A stretch of DNA of 64,000 nt from Thermodesulfobacteriota bacterium. GTDB lineage: Bacteria; Desulfobacterota_D; UBA1144; Nemesobacterales; UBA2774. The notes beneath the pieces were generated by a model. That model did no database searches. It was given only the letters and a program-made list of their open reading frames with translations, and was not told the origin of the DNA. Made by a program: the position numbers and the translations under genes. This document shows positions 43,146 through 53,632 of the stretch, in pieces; within the stretch, counting starts at the first letter, position 1, and every line of letters begins with the position of its first letter. The DNA is taken from contig OZ244197.1 in the NCBI GenBank assembly GCA_965216785.1, positions 2,464,001 to 2,528,000 on the forward strand, read 5' to 3'.

Positions 43146-44207
43146 TCAAGCCACGGAGGATAGGCCCCTTTCTTCCCTTCGTATTATTATCCTAAGGCCT
43201 ATCAGAATAAGAATGTTAAGCGTAAGCCCTGTGAGGGCGGCGAACTGCTCTTTATAGAATATGAACACATAGGTTAGGAGTATGGACACGAGTACCGAGC
43301 GCTCGAACATCCGGTACGCCGAAAGCCTGGACTTTCTCATCATATACACCCCGAGCAGGACGAATACACCCGAAAGGAGGGTCGAGAATATCTTGGCCTT
43401 ATCCACAAACGTAAGGTCTTCGAAGCGGTTAGTTGTAAACTCCACAGCTCTTGAGCTGGGTTTTCCGCCTCCAAAGCCCATGATGAAAGTCACCAGGGCC
43501 ACGAATACGAGCGTAATGACGAGCTTTCCTATGAAAAAGATATTAATGCCGAGTTTAAAGTATTTACTCTCTGCAATACGCTTATAGAACCTTCCGAAGG
43601 AGGTTTTTACGCGGCTGTAATAGCTTGGCTTATCCACAGGTATGGGTTTTGTGTCCGCGACGAGCTTTCTTAGTGCCTGGGTCAGCGGCTCATCGGGGTC
43701 GCTCCTGGATAAATAATCTAATACCTCTATCTTCTCTTCGGTATCCAGATTCTTGAGAGCGACCTCTTCAATGCCCTTTATGGCGTTTAACAGATACTCC
43801 CTCTTGGTAAACGACCACCCGGTCTTTATGGTGTGTATGGAGAGCAATATGAGCACGAACACCACGTACATGATCGCTATCGAGGGCTCAAAGAAATAGT
43901 CGTTATCGCTAGTCACGAACTTTCCTACCTCGTCTATGAACATACCGAAACCAACGCCCCCTATGATAGCGGCCCACACCTCTATCCTCTTTCCTATGAA
44001 CGACAGGAGCATAATTATCGCAACCAGCATCAAAAGCCCGCCCCAGAGCATGTGGGCGATGTGGAGTGTAGCGTTTCCGATCTGGGGATAGCCCGTGAGG
44101 TGCAGGAACAGGCGGATCCCCAGGATTGACGACACCGCGCACACCATAAACAGCTCGGCGTATGAAACGGCGTCCAGATTTCTTATCAGTGTAGTATTCC
44201 CTTGCAT
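43146..44207 (-). CDS. Hypothetical integral membrane protein
   Basis: Two hydrophobic bundles; motif LHIAHMLWGGLLM...FIDEVGKFVTSDNDYFF. Confidence 0.75.
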   Translation of the reverse strand: MQGNTTLIRNLDAVSYAELFMVCAVSSILGIRLFLHLTGYPQIGNATLHIAHMLWGGLLMLVAIIMLLSFIGKRIEVWAAIIGGVGFGMFIDEVGKFVTSDNDYFFEPSIAIMYVVFVLILLSIHTIKTGWSFTKREYLLNAIKGIEEVALKNLDTEEKIEVLDYLSRSDPDEPLTQALRKLVADTKPIPVDKPSYYSRVKTSFGRFYKRIAESKYFKLGINIFFIGKLVITLVFVALVTFIMGFGGGKPSSRAVEFTTNRFEDLTFVDKAKIFSTLLSGVFVLLGVYMMRKSRLSAYRMFERSVLVSILLTYVFIFYKEQFAALTGLTLNILILIGLRIIIRREERGLSSVA

Positions 44208-44348
44208 AATTGACTCTCTTTACCCTTGTATGTTAATCTGACTCAATATTTATCTGCATCACCCGGCAAGTCTTTTTTGCTCTATAATTTCCTATTAGGG
44301 ACTGGCGGAAGTGCAAAGCACTGTCCGGGGGTTTAATTTGACCAAATA

Positions 44349-45491
44349 ATGACGAATAACACAGCCACAACCGCACCGTCAGTCCAAGCCGTATCTGAGG
44401 ATAATAACACACTCAGGGTAAAAATTAACGGCCGCCTGGACGCCTATACGACCTCAGGGGCATGGGCACAGTCCGTAAAGGCCCTTTCGGATGCCAAGCC
44501 CGCAAATCTGATATTGAACGCAAGCGGTGTGGATTACTGCGACGCCTCGGGTATTTCTCTTTTTATTAAGCTCAGGCTCGAGCAGGAGAAAAGGGGCGGC
44601 GAGTTTAATCTAGAAGGTCTATCACCCGAGCTTGAAAAACTCTACAACCTCTTTGACCCAGAGCAGTTCGCGGAGCACGAAGAGGGGAAAGCGCCTAAGG
44701 ACGATCCCATAGTCGCGGTGGGTAAAGAGTCTTTTAACTTTTGGGAAGAGCTCAAAGTTCATATTGAGTTTACCGGCAAGGTGACTGTTGGACTCATAAA
44801 AGCGGCCACTCATCCGTGGAAGATCAGGTGGCAGGAAGTGCTGATGACCTCTGAGAAGTTCGGCGCGAACTCCCTTTTCATCATCGCGCTCGTGAATTTC
44901 CTGGTGGGACTTGTGATAGCGTTTCAATCCGCCATACCCATGCAGACCTACGGGGCGGAGATTTTCGTCGCCGACCTCGTGGTCATAGCGTATTTCAAAG
45001 AGCTTGGCCCCCTGATGACCGCGTTTGTAGTAAACGGACGTTCGGGCTCGGCGTTTGCCGCGGAGCTTGGCACGATGAAAGTAAACGAAGAGCTCGACGC
45101 GCTTGATACGATGGGGCTCGACCCCGTGCCATTTTTGGTGATCCCGAAAGTAATCGCGGCGATCTTCATGCTCCCGCTTCTTACTGTGTTCGGGAACCTG
45201 TTCGGACTTTTAGGAGCGCTTGTGGTGATGTTCTCGCTTGGGTTTACGTTTCAGACATTTTTAAATCAGATTACAACCGCTGCCACTTACGGGCTTTTGT
45301 TATCCGGCCTGTTTAAAACCCTGTTCTTCGCCCTGATTATTGCCGGCGTAGGCTGCCTTGCGGGTATGAGAGCCACAAAAGGGCCTTCGGCCGTGGGTGA
45401 CGCGGCTACAAAGGCAGTGGTGATCGGGATAGTACTGATGATATTGGTAGACGGAATTTTCGGAGTTATATATTACATACTGGGTATATAA
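44349..45491 (+). CDS. mlaE: MlaE-family permease with an N-terminal STAS domain
   Basis: STAS motif VDYCDASG; ELGPLMTA, GRSGSAFAAELGTMKV.EE.DAL. Confidence 0.9.
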   Translation: MTNNTATTAPSVQAVSEDNNTLRVKINGRLDAYTTSGAWAQSVKALSDAKPANLILNASGVDYCDASGISLFIKLRLEQEKRGGEFNLEGLSPELEKLYNLFDPEQFAEHEEGKAPKDDPIVAVGKESFNFWEELKVHIEFTGKVTVGLIKAATHPWKIRWQEVLMTSEKFGANSLFIIALVNFLVGLVIAFQSAIPMQTYGAEIFVADLVVIAYFKELGPLMTAFVVNGRSGSAFAAELGTMKVNEELDALDTMGLDPVPFLVIPKVIAAIFMLPLLTVFGNLFGLLGALVVMFSLGFTFQTFLNQITTAATYGLLLSGLFKTLFFALIIAGVGCLAGMRATKGPSAVGDAATKAVVIGIVLMILVDGIFGVIYYILGI

Positions 45492-45492
45492 T

Positions 45493-46284
45493 ATGAGTGA
45501 GAGCGTAGAAAATAATAACAGACGCGATAAGATCATTAATGTCGAGGGCTTCACCGCCGCTTACGGCGAGACGGTCGTTATAGACAATATAACGTTTGAT
45601 GTCTACAAGGGAGAAAAGTTTATTATTTTAGGCGGCTCAGGGTGCGGCAAGAGCACGCTCCTAAAACATATGATCGGCCTATACAGACCGGCGAAAGGAA
45701 AGATTTTGATTGAGGGACAAAACATCGGAGCGGCATACGGGCAAGGCAGGATTGAAATTTTAAAGAGCATAGGCGTTGCCTACCAGTCAGGAGCCCTGTT
45801 CGGCTCTATGACTGTGATAGAGAACGTGATGCTCCCGCTCGAGGAATATACGGACCTCAGCAAAGAGACAAGGGAGCTTGTGGCAAGTATGAAGCTCAAC
45901 CTGGTGGGACTTACGGGCTCTGAGGACAAGATGCCGGCTGAGCTTAGCGGAGGAATGATAAAGCGGGCCGCTCTGGCAAGGGCCATGGCACTTGACCCGG
46001 ATATTTTATTTTTGGATGAGCCTTCTGCGGGACTTGATCCGATCACATCCGCAGAGCTCGATCAGCTCATTAACCAGCTCTCTAAGAGCCTTGGAGTAAC
46101 ATTTGTAATTGTCACGCATGAGCTGAACAGTATTTACAATATCGCCGACAGGGTTATTATGCTAGATAAGAGCACTAAGGGTATAATAGCAGACGGGAGG
46201 CCGGAGTACTTAAGAGACAACTCCACTATTCCGGTAGTGCAGAAGTTCTTCCTGCGGAAAACAGACGAGCAGCTTGAATCTTAA
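45493..46284 (+). CDS. mlaF: MlaF-family ABC ATPase
   Basis: GGSGCGKS, LSGGMIKR, DEPSAGLDP. Confidence 0.9.
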   Translation: MSESVENNNRRDKIINVEGFTAAYGETVVIDNITFDVYKGEKFIILGGSGCGKSTLLKHMIGLYRPAKGKILIEGQNIGAAYGQGRIEILKSIGVAYQSGALFGSMTVIENVMLPLEEYTDLSKETRELVASMKLNLVGLTGSEDKMPAELSGGMIKRAALARAMALDPDILFLDEPSAGLDPITSAELDQLINQLSKSLGVTFVIVTHELNSIYNIADRVIMLDKSTKGIIADGRPEYLRDNSTIPVVQKFFLRKTDEQLES

Positions 46285-46299
46285 AAGGTAGAAACTATC

Positions 46300-47265
46300 A
46301 TGAGCGAAAAACCAAATTATTTTAAGATCGGCCTATTTGTCATACTCGGCACACTCGTGCTCGCGGCTGCAATAATAATATTCGGCGGCGGTAAGTTTTT
46401 CGAGAAAAAATATGTTCTGGAGACCTATTTCGACCAGTCGGTCGAGGGCCTTAGCGTGGGCTCACCGCTAAAGTTCCAGGGCGTAAAGATAGGCAACGTA
46501 TCCGAGCTCGGTTTCGTATTTAATGATTATCAAACCGACTATCACTATGTACTCGTTAGAGCCGAAACATATCCGGAGAGGAGAATTACCCGAAATAAAA
46601 AGCACAGGTTCTTGAGCGACGCGCAGAGAAAAAAGAACCTTGATCAGATGATAGCTAAAGGCCTGAGACTCCAGCTCGCGTCCCAGGGAGTTACGGGCCT
46701 CGCGTTTTTGAATGCCGTATACCTTGACCCCCAGCGCTACCCGCCGCTCCCGATAGACTGGAAACCGGAATACATTTACATACCTTCGGCTCCCGGCACA
46801 ATTACCCTCATCACCCAAACCATCGAGAAGCTCACCGAGACTATCCAGAGCATTAATTTCAAGGAAATCTCCGACGACATAGAGGAGCTTGTGGTAACGC
46901 TCAACAATACGGTGAAAGAGGCCAAGGTGGCACAGGTAAGCGAAGATCTCCAAAACCTCCTTAAGACCCTAAACAACACTACCGGAGAGCTCGATAAGAT
47001 ACTTAAGAGTAAAGACGTGAAGACCACCTTAACAAATATCTCAGAGACCACCGGGCAGCTCAGGAAAACACTTGTTCGCGCGGACAGGCTGATCCAGAAC
47101 AGAGAGCATAATGTCAAGATCACACTCGATAACATAGAGCGGATCTCAGAAGACTTAAGGGAGTTCATGACAACGGTGAAGAATTACCCGTCCTGGGTGC
47201 TGTTCGGCAACCCGCCGCCCCATTTCATCCAGGAGCTTGAAGGGGAGAAGGAGGAATCTAAATGA
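46300..47265 (+). CDS. mlaD: MlaD/MCE-family protein
   Basis: N-terminal TM, SVEGLSVGSPLKFQGVKIGNV, QGVTG, C-terminal helical region. Confidence 0.88.
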   Translation: MSEKPNYFKIGLFVILGTLVLAAAIIIFGGGKFFEKKYVLETYFDQSVEGLSVGSPLKFQGVKIGNVSELGFVFNDYQTDYHYVLVRAETYPERRITRNKKHRFLSDAQRKKNLDQMIAKGLRLQLASQGVTGLAFLNAVYLDPQRYPPLPIDWKPEYIYIPSAPGTITLITQTIEKLTETIQSINFKEISDDIEELVVTLNNTVKEAKVAQVSEDLQNLLKTLNNTTGELDKILKSKDVKTTLTNISETTGQLRKTLVRADRLIQNREHNVKITLDNIERISEDLREFMTTVKNYPSWVLFGNPPPHFIQELEGEKEESK

Positions 47266-47903
47266 TGCGCTATATTATAATAACATTCATATTACTCTTT
47301 AGTGCCGGGTGCGCCAACGTGGATAAACCCTATCCGGAAAGATCATATTACCAATTTGAAGTAAGCCACAGCGCAAAACATGCGGCTCCTGTAAAGGGAA
47401 CCATACTCGGCATAAAAAGGCTCAGCGTTTCCCCCGGGAGTCAGGGGCTCGAATTCATTTACAGAACAGGAGAGTTCAAGTTCCAGTCAGATTTCTATAA
47501 CCAATTCTTCAGACCACCGGGAGCTCTGATCACTGAGGAAGTGACCAGGTGGTTTGCCAATTCCGGGGTATTCGAGGACGTCTTGGGACAGCTCAGCCAA
47601 GCCTTTCCAAATTATGTGATCGAGGGCAACATCGTAAACCTATACGGCGATTTCAGAAACAGCGCCGCCCCAGCGGCAGTACTGGAGATACAGTTTTTCC
47701 TGCTCAGGCTCACAGACGATGCGGACACGCCTATAGTGGTTACTAGCGACACCTACAGCGTCAGCAAGCCCATATCTTCAAAAGACCCCAAAGCGCTCAT
47801 GTTGGGCTGGAACCTTGCGCTCGAGGAAATACTCAGCGACTTCCAGGGCGACGTCATAAACAGCATGCGGGGACAGACCGTAAATTACTCGCAATCTAAT
47901 TAA
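47262..47903 (+). CDS. PqiC-like ABC transport auxiliary lipoprotein
   Basis: Lipobox SAGC; last gene of the mlaEFD-type operon. Confidence 0.75.
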   Translation: MMRYIIITFILLFSAGCANVDKPYPERSYYQFEVSHSAKHAAPVKGTILGIKRLSVSPGSQGLEFIYRTGEFKFQSDFYNQFFRPPGALITEEVTRWFANSGVFEDVLGQLSQAFPNYVIEGNIVNLYGDFRNSAAPAAVLEIQFFLLRLTDDADTPIVVTSDTYSVSKPISSKDPKALMLGWNLALEEILSDFQGDVINSMRGQTVNYSQSN

Positions 47904-47969
47904 AGCTCTTTCAGGAACCTGTAAACCGCATTATAATACAAACACGAAATAAAGATTAAGAGAGGCAAG

Positions 47970-49409
47970 ATGAGGTTTGTATTTATAATCATACTGGTTG
48001 TCTTGGGCATCCTCCTGGCGCTGCCTTACTGGTTTGGCATAAACACTGAAAAAGAATACGGGAACTTGATTAACGACTTCTCGAAAGCGGAGAATATAAA
48101 CGTAGCCGAAAGGAGCTACGAACGCGGCTGGCTCAGCTCTAAGGCCAGTACTACATATGTATTTACCGGAAGCGAGGGTGAAATATTTAAGATCCACGAC
48201 GAGGACACTATTTATCACGGCCCCATACCGCTCGAACCGCTATTTAAAGGGCAGGTCTCGCCACTTCCCGTACTTGCTGTAATAAATTCAAAAGCAGCGT
48301 TAATCCCGGCACCCGACTCTGAGTATGAGGACTTAATTCGCGGACTCCCGCCCATTATGCACAAAACCGTACTCTCGATGAACGGCGGCGGCGCTACTAC
48401 CATAAACATGCCGGGAGTTGAGTCTAAACTAGATGAAGACGATGAATACTTCACCTGGAGCGGGCTTACAGGGTTAATCAAATTTGAGCCCGGGTTTAAG
48501 AATATGGTTACTTTCGTTGAATCAAGCGGGCTCGCTATTAAATCTGACGACCTTGAGCTTACCGTAAACGGTGTGGCCGGAGAATCCGATATTACCTATG
48601 AAGGTGAGGATTATTCCCTCCCTCTGGGCGGCGCGTTATTCAACGTTGATTCTATTTATATCCGCAGTAAAGACAAAGAGACCGGAGAGCTCGAAGACAT
48701 GTCCGTAAAGAACATAAGCTTCGAGGGCTCGACCGAAGACCTGGACGGCACCCTTACAAGCGTTCACAGCCTGAGTTTTGACGAGGTAACGTTAGGGGAG
48801 CTCACTTACGGCCCCGGCGGTTATAAATTCTCTCTAAGGAATATCGACAAGTCTGCATGGAAGAATATTCAGAGAATCCTTCAGGAAGCTAGCAAGCAGC
48901 CTGAACAGGAGAGCGATGAAGAATCAAACGAATATCTTGCGGAAATGATGGGAGTTCTCCCGGATCTTGTAAGAAAGTCACCTGAGCTCTCGATATCCGA
49001 TCTCTTTATCGAAACCGGTGAGGGGGAGCTTAGGGGAAGCCTATTTTTAGCGATCGACGGCACAGGGCTTACAGACCCGGAAATAGCTACGAACCCACTT
49101 TTTCTACTTGCTGCAATCACGGCTAATGCAGAGCTTTCGGTTACTAAGACCCTCTTAGAAGACGCCCTGCACGGATTTAATACTGAGGAAATTCAGGACG
49201 AGATCAACAGCGGCGACCTTGGGCCAATGACAAAAGAAGAGATTGAAAAGCTTGCCAAAGAGAGAACAACAAAAGATATAGATGAGCTAACCTCGCAGAA
49301 TGTACTCGTTTTGAAAGAAGACCGCTACGTACTCGTAGCAGAGTACACACCGGGCCAGATATTACTTAACGGCAAACCTCTTGGTCTCGACACGCTTTTG
49401 GGACTTTAA
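47970..49409 (+). CDS. YdgA/DUF945-family protein
   Basis: N-terminal anchor LPYWFG, YERGWLSS, IYHGPIP, C-terminal LLNGKP. Confidence 0.75.
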   Translation: MRFVFIIILVVLGILLALPYWFGINTEKEYGNLINDFSKAENINVAERSYERGWLSSKASTTYVFTGSEGEIFKIHDEDTIYHGPIPLEPLFKGQVSPLPVLAVINSKAALIPAPDSEYEDLIRGLPPIMHKTVLSMNGGGATTINMPGVESKLDEDDEYFTWSGLTGLIKFEPGFKNMVTFVESSGLAIKSDDLELTVNGVAGESDITYEGEDYSLPLGGALFNVDSIYIRSKDKETGELEDMSVKNISFEGSTEDLDGTLTSVHSLSFDEVTLGELTYGPGGYKFSLRNIDKSAWKNIQRILQEASKQPEQESDEESNEYLAEMMGVLPDLVRKSPELSISDLFIETGEGELRGSLFLAIDGTGLTDPEIATNPLFLLAAITANAELSVTKTLLEDALHGFNTEEIQDEINSGDLGPMTKEEIEKLAKERTTKDIDELTSQNVLVLKEDRYVLVAEYTPGQILLNGKPLGLDTLLGL

Positions 49410-49417
49410 GACTTAGA

Positions 49418-50287
49418 CTAATCCGGTACCGTAAACTTCTCCTCCTGCTCTCTGTATCCGGACGTATCGACGACGTCCTCAAATTCTGAAAAATCGAGCA
49501 TACCGCCGTAACCCCGGGTAGTACCGTTTTTACTTAAGTAGGATAGCGAAGCTTTCATAGCATATGCGGCGGAAAAAAGCCCGGTAAGAGGGTATACGAC
49601 AATTTTATATCCAAGCTCCTCAAGCTCCTCTGTACTCAATATCGGCGTCCTGCCACCCTCGACCATGTTAGCGAAGAGCGGAACCTCTGCAAAGGCCTTA
49701 CCGATCTCCTTTAGCTCCTCGGGCGATTTAGGCGCCTCGACGAATACGACATCGGCCCCGGCCTCATAATACGCCCAGCCTCTTTTTATCGCGTCGTCAA
49801 GCCCATTAACAGCGTTTGAGTCCGTGCGCCCTATAATGACAAGACCGCTTTCCCCGGCTGCACCCCTAGCGGCGAGGATCTTCTCGACATGCTCTTCGAG
49901 CGGTATCACCTGCTTTCCCTCAAAATGTCCACACTTTTTAGGCCAGACCTGATCTTCCAGTATAATCCCGGCGGCCCCGGCTTGTACGGCATCTTCCACA
50001 GTCCTAATCACATTCAGCGGGTTTCCGTATCCCGTATCTATGTCGGCCACTACAGGGGCCTTAACGGACTTTACGATGCGGCCAATAGACTCCAGCATCT
50101 CTGTTGCTGTTACGAAACCGAAGTCGGGCTTTCCGAGCAGCGTTGCGGAAATACCGAAACCACTTGTAAACAAAACCTCAAACCCGCATTTCTCGGCAAT
50201 TTTAGCGCTAACGCAGTCATAGACCCCTGGGAGCACTAATATCCCGGAGCTCTTTAGAATGTCTCTCAGCCTATGTCCGTTATTCAT
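49418..50287 (-). CDS. Isocitrate lyase/PEP mutase family lyase (PrpB-like)
   Basis: DIDTGYG, LEDQVWPKKCGH, GRTD, ANMVEGGRTP. Confidence 0.85.
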   Translation of the reverse strand: MNNGHRLRDILKSSGILVLPGVYDCVSAKIAEKCGFEVLFTSGFGISATLLGKPDFGFVTATEMLESIGRIVKSVKAPVVADIDTGYGNPLNVIRTVEDAVQAGAAGIILEDQVWPKKCGHFEGKQVIPLEEHVEKILAARGAAGESGLVIIGRTDSNAVNGLDDAIKRGWAYYEAGADVVFVEAPKSPEELKEIGKAFAEVPLFANMVEGGRTPILSTEELEELGYKIVVYPLTGLFSAAYAMKASLSYLSKNGTTRGYGGMLDFSEFEDVVDTSGYREQEEKFTVPD

Positions 50288-50305
50288 TGTTATTTCTCCT
50301 TTGTT

Positions 50306-51523
50306 TCATAAAAGCAAAGCCCCGGCAACACTTGCCAGAACGCACCAAATTACAACTATAATCGGGGAAACCCGCTGTGTCATCAAGAGCGCAAAACCAA
50401 CGGCCGCAATTAATATATCCACCCAGCTCCTGACTGCGCTTGTCCATACAGGGTCGTAGAGCGCGGCACCAAGGAGTCCTACCACAGCGGCGTTTAAACC
50501 CGCTACTGCTCTTAGCGCGGAGGGACGGCTGACAATTGCCTGCCACATAGGAAGCACACCTGCCAGCAAAAGGAAGCCCGGAAGAAATATTGATATAAGC
50601 GCTACGCCGGCGCCCACTATACCCCCCTGAGCGCCCGGCAGGCTCGCGCCTAAATACGAGGCGAGCGTAAACATAGGTCCCGGCACCGCCTGCGCCGCGC
50701 CGTATCCGGCCAAAAACTCGCTCTGCGATATCCACCCCGGCGATACAACCGTATCTTCGAGCAGGGGCAATACCACATGTCCTCCGCCGAATACCAATGC
50801 TCCCGCGCGGTAAAACGCGTTCACTACGGGTACCAGCCCTTCTTTACCACCTGAGAGAAATGGTAGTCCGAACAGGAGTAAAAAGAATATTACTATTAAG
50901 ACTGTACCGAGCGCAGGGCTGTATCTTACACTAAGGCCGTCACCTTCAACCGCTTGAGCGCTCTTAACGAAAACCAGGCCGAGCGCTGCCCCGATCAAGA
51001 CCACTAGCAGCTGTATCCACGCCTGGCCCGTGAGCAGGATGACTATTACGGCGAATACTGCAATGCCCGCGCGGGGTACATCCGGACACAGCCGCCTGGC
51101 CATGCGCAGCACGCCGTCCGCTACAACAGCAAGGGCAACGAGCTTAAGACCGTGGATAGCGGCATCTCCGATTGTCCCCGAGATATTTGGAAATATAAGC
51201 GCGAAAGCAAATAATATTAAAGCCGAGGGCAGGGTAAACGCCACAAACGCGGCAAGCGCGCCTGCCCAACCCGCTCGAAGTAATCCGAGGCTGAAACCCA
51301 ACTGGCTGCTCGCGGGCCCGGGAAGGAACTGGCATAGCCCCAGGAGCTGGGCGTAGTCGCTTTCTTTAACCCATCTGCGCCGCTCCACTATCTCACGGTG
51401 GAAGTAGCCCAGGTGCGCTATCGGTCCGCCAAATGAAGTAAGCCCGAGCTTTAGAAAAGTGCTGAGCACCTCTCCCGCGCTTCCTTTGGTCCGGACACTC
51501 TCGTTTGAAATATCGCTGCTCAT
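50306..51523 (-). CDS. chrA: Chromate efflux transporter (long-chain CHR)
   Basis: SFGGPIAHLG, CQFLPGPASSQ, VFGGGHVVLP, QAVPGPMF. Confidence 0.93.
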   Translation of the reverse strand: MSSDISNESVRTKGSAGEVLSTFLKLGLTSFGGPIAHLGYFHREIVERRRWVKESDYAQLLGLCQFLPGPASSQLGFSLGLLRAGWAGALAAFVAFTLPSALILFAFALIFPNISGTIGDAAIHGLKLVALAVVADGVLRMARRLCPDVPRAGIAVFAVIVILLTGQAWIQLLVVLIGAALGLVFVKSAQAVEGDGLSVRYSPALGTVLIVIFFLLLFGLPFLSGGKEGLVPVVNAFYRAGALVFGGGHVVLPLLEDTVVSPGWISQSEFLAGYGAAQAVPGPMFTLASYLGASLPGAQGGIVGAGVALISIFLPGFLLLAGVLPMWQAIVSRPSALRAVAGLNAAVVGLLGAALYDPVWTSAVRSWVDILIAAVGFALLMTQRVSPIIVVIWCVLASVAGALLL

Positions 51524-51645
51524 ATCTGTATCTGAAACGGATTGGAATCAATCAGAATACTAATTGGATATATGGGTTCGTTCAAGCGGCTTAATACCGT
51601 TTTAACATAAGAATTGCACTCGTTACACGATTATGCTAATGTGAG

Positions 51646-51803
51646 AATGGGGACAGAGGCGATCCTTCGACGAGCTCAGGATGAGCGGGATGAAATGACG
51701 AAATAGGGACGGACCGGAGGGCGAAGCCCGATCGGGGGGAGTAAAATTAAGAACGGGGACAGAGGCGAGTGCTTCACAGCGATGCCAGGGAGGCTAAAAT
51801 TAA
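51646..51803 (+). repeat. Modular intergenic repeat array, copy 1 (three units)
   Basis: Units begin AATGGGGACAGAGGC, AATAGGGACGGACC and AACGGGGACAGAGGC; 51651-51764 matches the reverse complement of 59377-59489 with two substitutions and one indel. Confidence 0.9.
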
Positions 51804-52284
51804 TAAGCCGCGGAAAAAGCAAGACAAGGATGAGGTGCGTAAAAGGGTCGAGAACGGGCTTAAGAGTAAAGACGTCATCCAGCTCATTTTAGCGCTCGAA
51901 GGGGTTAAGATCGACTACGACCACCTGTACTACTACGAGCATACGGGCCTAGTCGTGCCGTCCCTGAGGAAAGCGCAGGGCAGAGGATACCCAAAACTTT
52001 ACTCCACAGAAGACTTTATCATACTACGCTGGCTCGTCTCGCTTCAAAAGAGCGGCGTACCTGTAAGCAGGTTCAGAAGCATACTCGGGTATTTGAAAAA
52101 GAAGATGCCCGAAGTGCTGAAGAAACCTCACAATTGGACGCTCGTAACAGACGGCAAGTCTGTTCAGTTCAAAGATAACCAGTCGTCACGCAAAGTGGAG
52201 GTCATCGAGGACACGGGGCAGTACCTCTTTGCTTTGGACGAAGTAACTAATGAGACCCGCAAGACACCCAAGAAACGCGGTTAA
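51769..52284 (+). CDS. MerR-family HTH regulator (resembles the Rv1830-type subfamily); start uncertain
   Basis: LYYYEHTGLVVPS...GRG..KLYSTED...SGVPV...LVTDG; the annotated GTG lies inside the repeat array. Confidence 0.7.
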   Translation: MLHSDAREAKINKPRKKQDKDEVRKRVENGLKSKDVIQLILALEGVKIDYDHLYYYEHTGLVVPSLRKAQGRGYPKLYSTEDFIILRWLVSLQKSGVPVSRFRSILGYLKKKMPEVLKKPHNWTLVTDGKSVQFKDNQSSRKVEVIEDTGQYLFALDEVTNETRKTPKKRG

Positions 52285-52289
52285 TAAAA

Positions 52290-53534
52290 CTACATAGACT
52301 TATTCCCCTCAGCCACAATATCGGGAATGGATGTGAAGGATATCCTCATCGGGGCAGATTCCGCAGCTCCGTGCATCGGGGCGTAATAGATGCTGTTCGT
52401 ACCGTAGCGCTCATTGATGCTGTCAACGGCGATAGCGACTTTGTCCCGCTTGATCTCTCTTGAAAAGAGCGGGTAGGGGGTCCCCTCGGAGGGAGTGAGG
52501 TCATAGAGGGTCATCGATACGCTGAGCGGGGTAAGACCCCGGGGCCTTTCGGGCCAGACGGAGGAGAAAGCCTCCAGCATTGACTGCGTATCGTTTCTCT
52601 TTGTCATTTTTACGGTCTTTTTCCAGCGGAGATCACGGTCAAAGTATCTAACCTTAACGTCCATGCGGGAGGCGACGTACCCAAGCCTCCTCAGCCTGAA
52701 CGCGGCCTTGTGTATGAGTCTTACGATCACGGCTCTGGTCTTTTCCTCTGTCCTCATCTCGGGCGGGAGCACGTGCGAGTGGCCCACGGTCTTTCTGGAC
52801 GTTTCCGGCTCTGCCAGGTCCTCGCCCCTTATCATGTGCCACCAGCGCCTGCCTACGACGCTCTGCCATATGTAGGCGAAGTCTCGCTCGGAGAGCTTGA
52901 ACATCTGCTCTATCGAATGTACGCCGTGCCTCTTTAGCCGGGCGCGCATACCCTCACCTATGCCCGGGAGGTCTTGTAAATCAAGCTGATAGAGCTTTTC
53001 CGGTAGCTCGTTTTTTGTTATTACGGTAAGGCCGTCGGGCTTTTTCATCTCGGCGGCTACTTTGGCCAAAAAGCGGTTGGTCGAGAGCCCGACAGAACAG
53101 CGGAGCGACTCGCCTGCTTTTTCGTTAATTGCCCTCTTTACGTCCTTTGCGAGCCGGAGCGCCTTCTCAAAACCCCTCTGGCTTCCCGTCAGCCTGCAGC
53201 ACATCTCGTCAATCGACAGCACAGTGTCTACAGGGATAACAGAGTTTACGGCCTCTATGATGCTGTGGTGATACTCTACGTAGCGTACGGGCCTTGCCTC
53301 GACGATGTTGATCGCGGGGCATAGCTCCTTTGCCAGGCCAACTTTGGTGCCTGTTTTCACACCGTAGCGCTTGGCCTCGTAGCTTGCAGCTATGCAGCAG
53401 GTGGTGTCAGCGTCCACGGGGACAACGGCTGTGGGCTTTCCCCGAAGCTCGGGGCGCATCTCTTGTTCTACAGAGGCGAAATACGCGTTCATGTCCAGAA
53501 ACAGCCAGTCAAGAAACTGTTCGTTACGACCCAT
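52290..53534 (-). CDS. dinB: Y-family DNA polymerase (DinB/Pol IV-like)
   Basis: LDMNAYFASVE, IAASYEAKRYGV, SIDE, LAKVAAEMKKPDG, LPGIG. Confidence 0.92.
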   Translation of the reverse strand: MGRNEQFLDWLFLDMNAYFASVEQEMRPELRGKPTAVVPVDADTTCCIAASYEAKRYGVKTGTKVGLAKELCPAINIVEARPVRYVEYHHSIIEAVNSVIPVDTVLSIDEMCCRLTGSQRGFEKALRLAKDVKRAINEKAGESLRCSVGLSTNRFLAKVAAEMKKPDGLTVITKNELPEKLYQLDLQDLPGIGEGMRARLKRHGVHSIEQMFKLSERDFAYIWQSVVGRRWWHMIRGEDLAEPETSRKTVGHSHVLPPEMRTEEKTRAVIVRLIHKAAFRLRRLGYVASRMDVKVRYFDRDLRWKKTVKMTKRNDTQSMLEAFSSVWPERPRGLTPLSVSMTLYDLTPSEGTPYPLFSREIKRDKVAIAVDSINERYGTNSIYYAPMHGAAESAPMRISFTSIPDIVAEGNKSM

Positions 53535-53632
53535 ATTTTAGATGGTAACACGGTTCGAAAAACCTGTCTGGGAGCTTTTTTCGTTTTTGGGAAATTGTAG
53601 GAATTAAGGGGGAGGGAGGTTTAAATGCTCTT

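Noticed and set aside
50280-50735. 151-aa alternative-frame ORF overlapping chrA
   Set aside because: Arg/Gly/Cys-rich off-frame product of GC-rich codons with no domain signal
53542-53565. LexA/SOS box upstream of dinB (CGAACCGTGTTAC; GGTT-N5-AACC)
   Set aside because: Spacing and half-sites do not match a LexA consensus I can state with confidence
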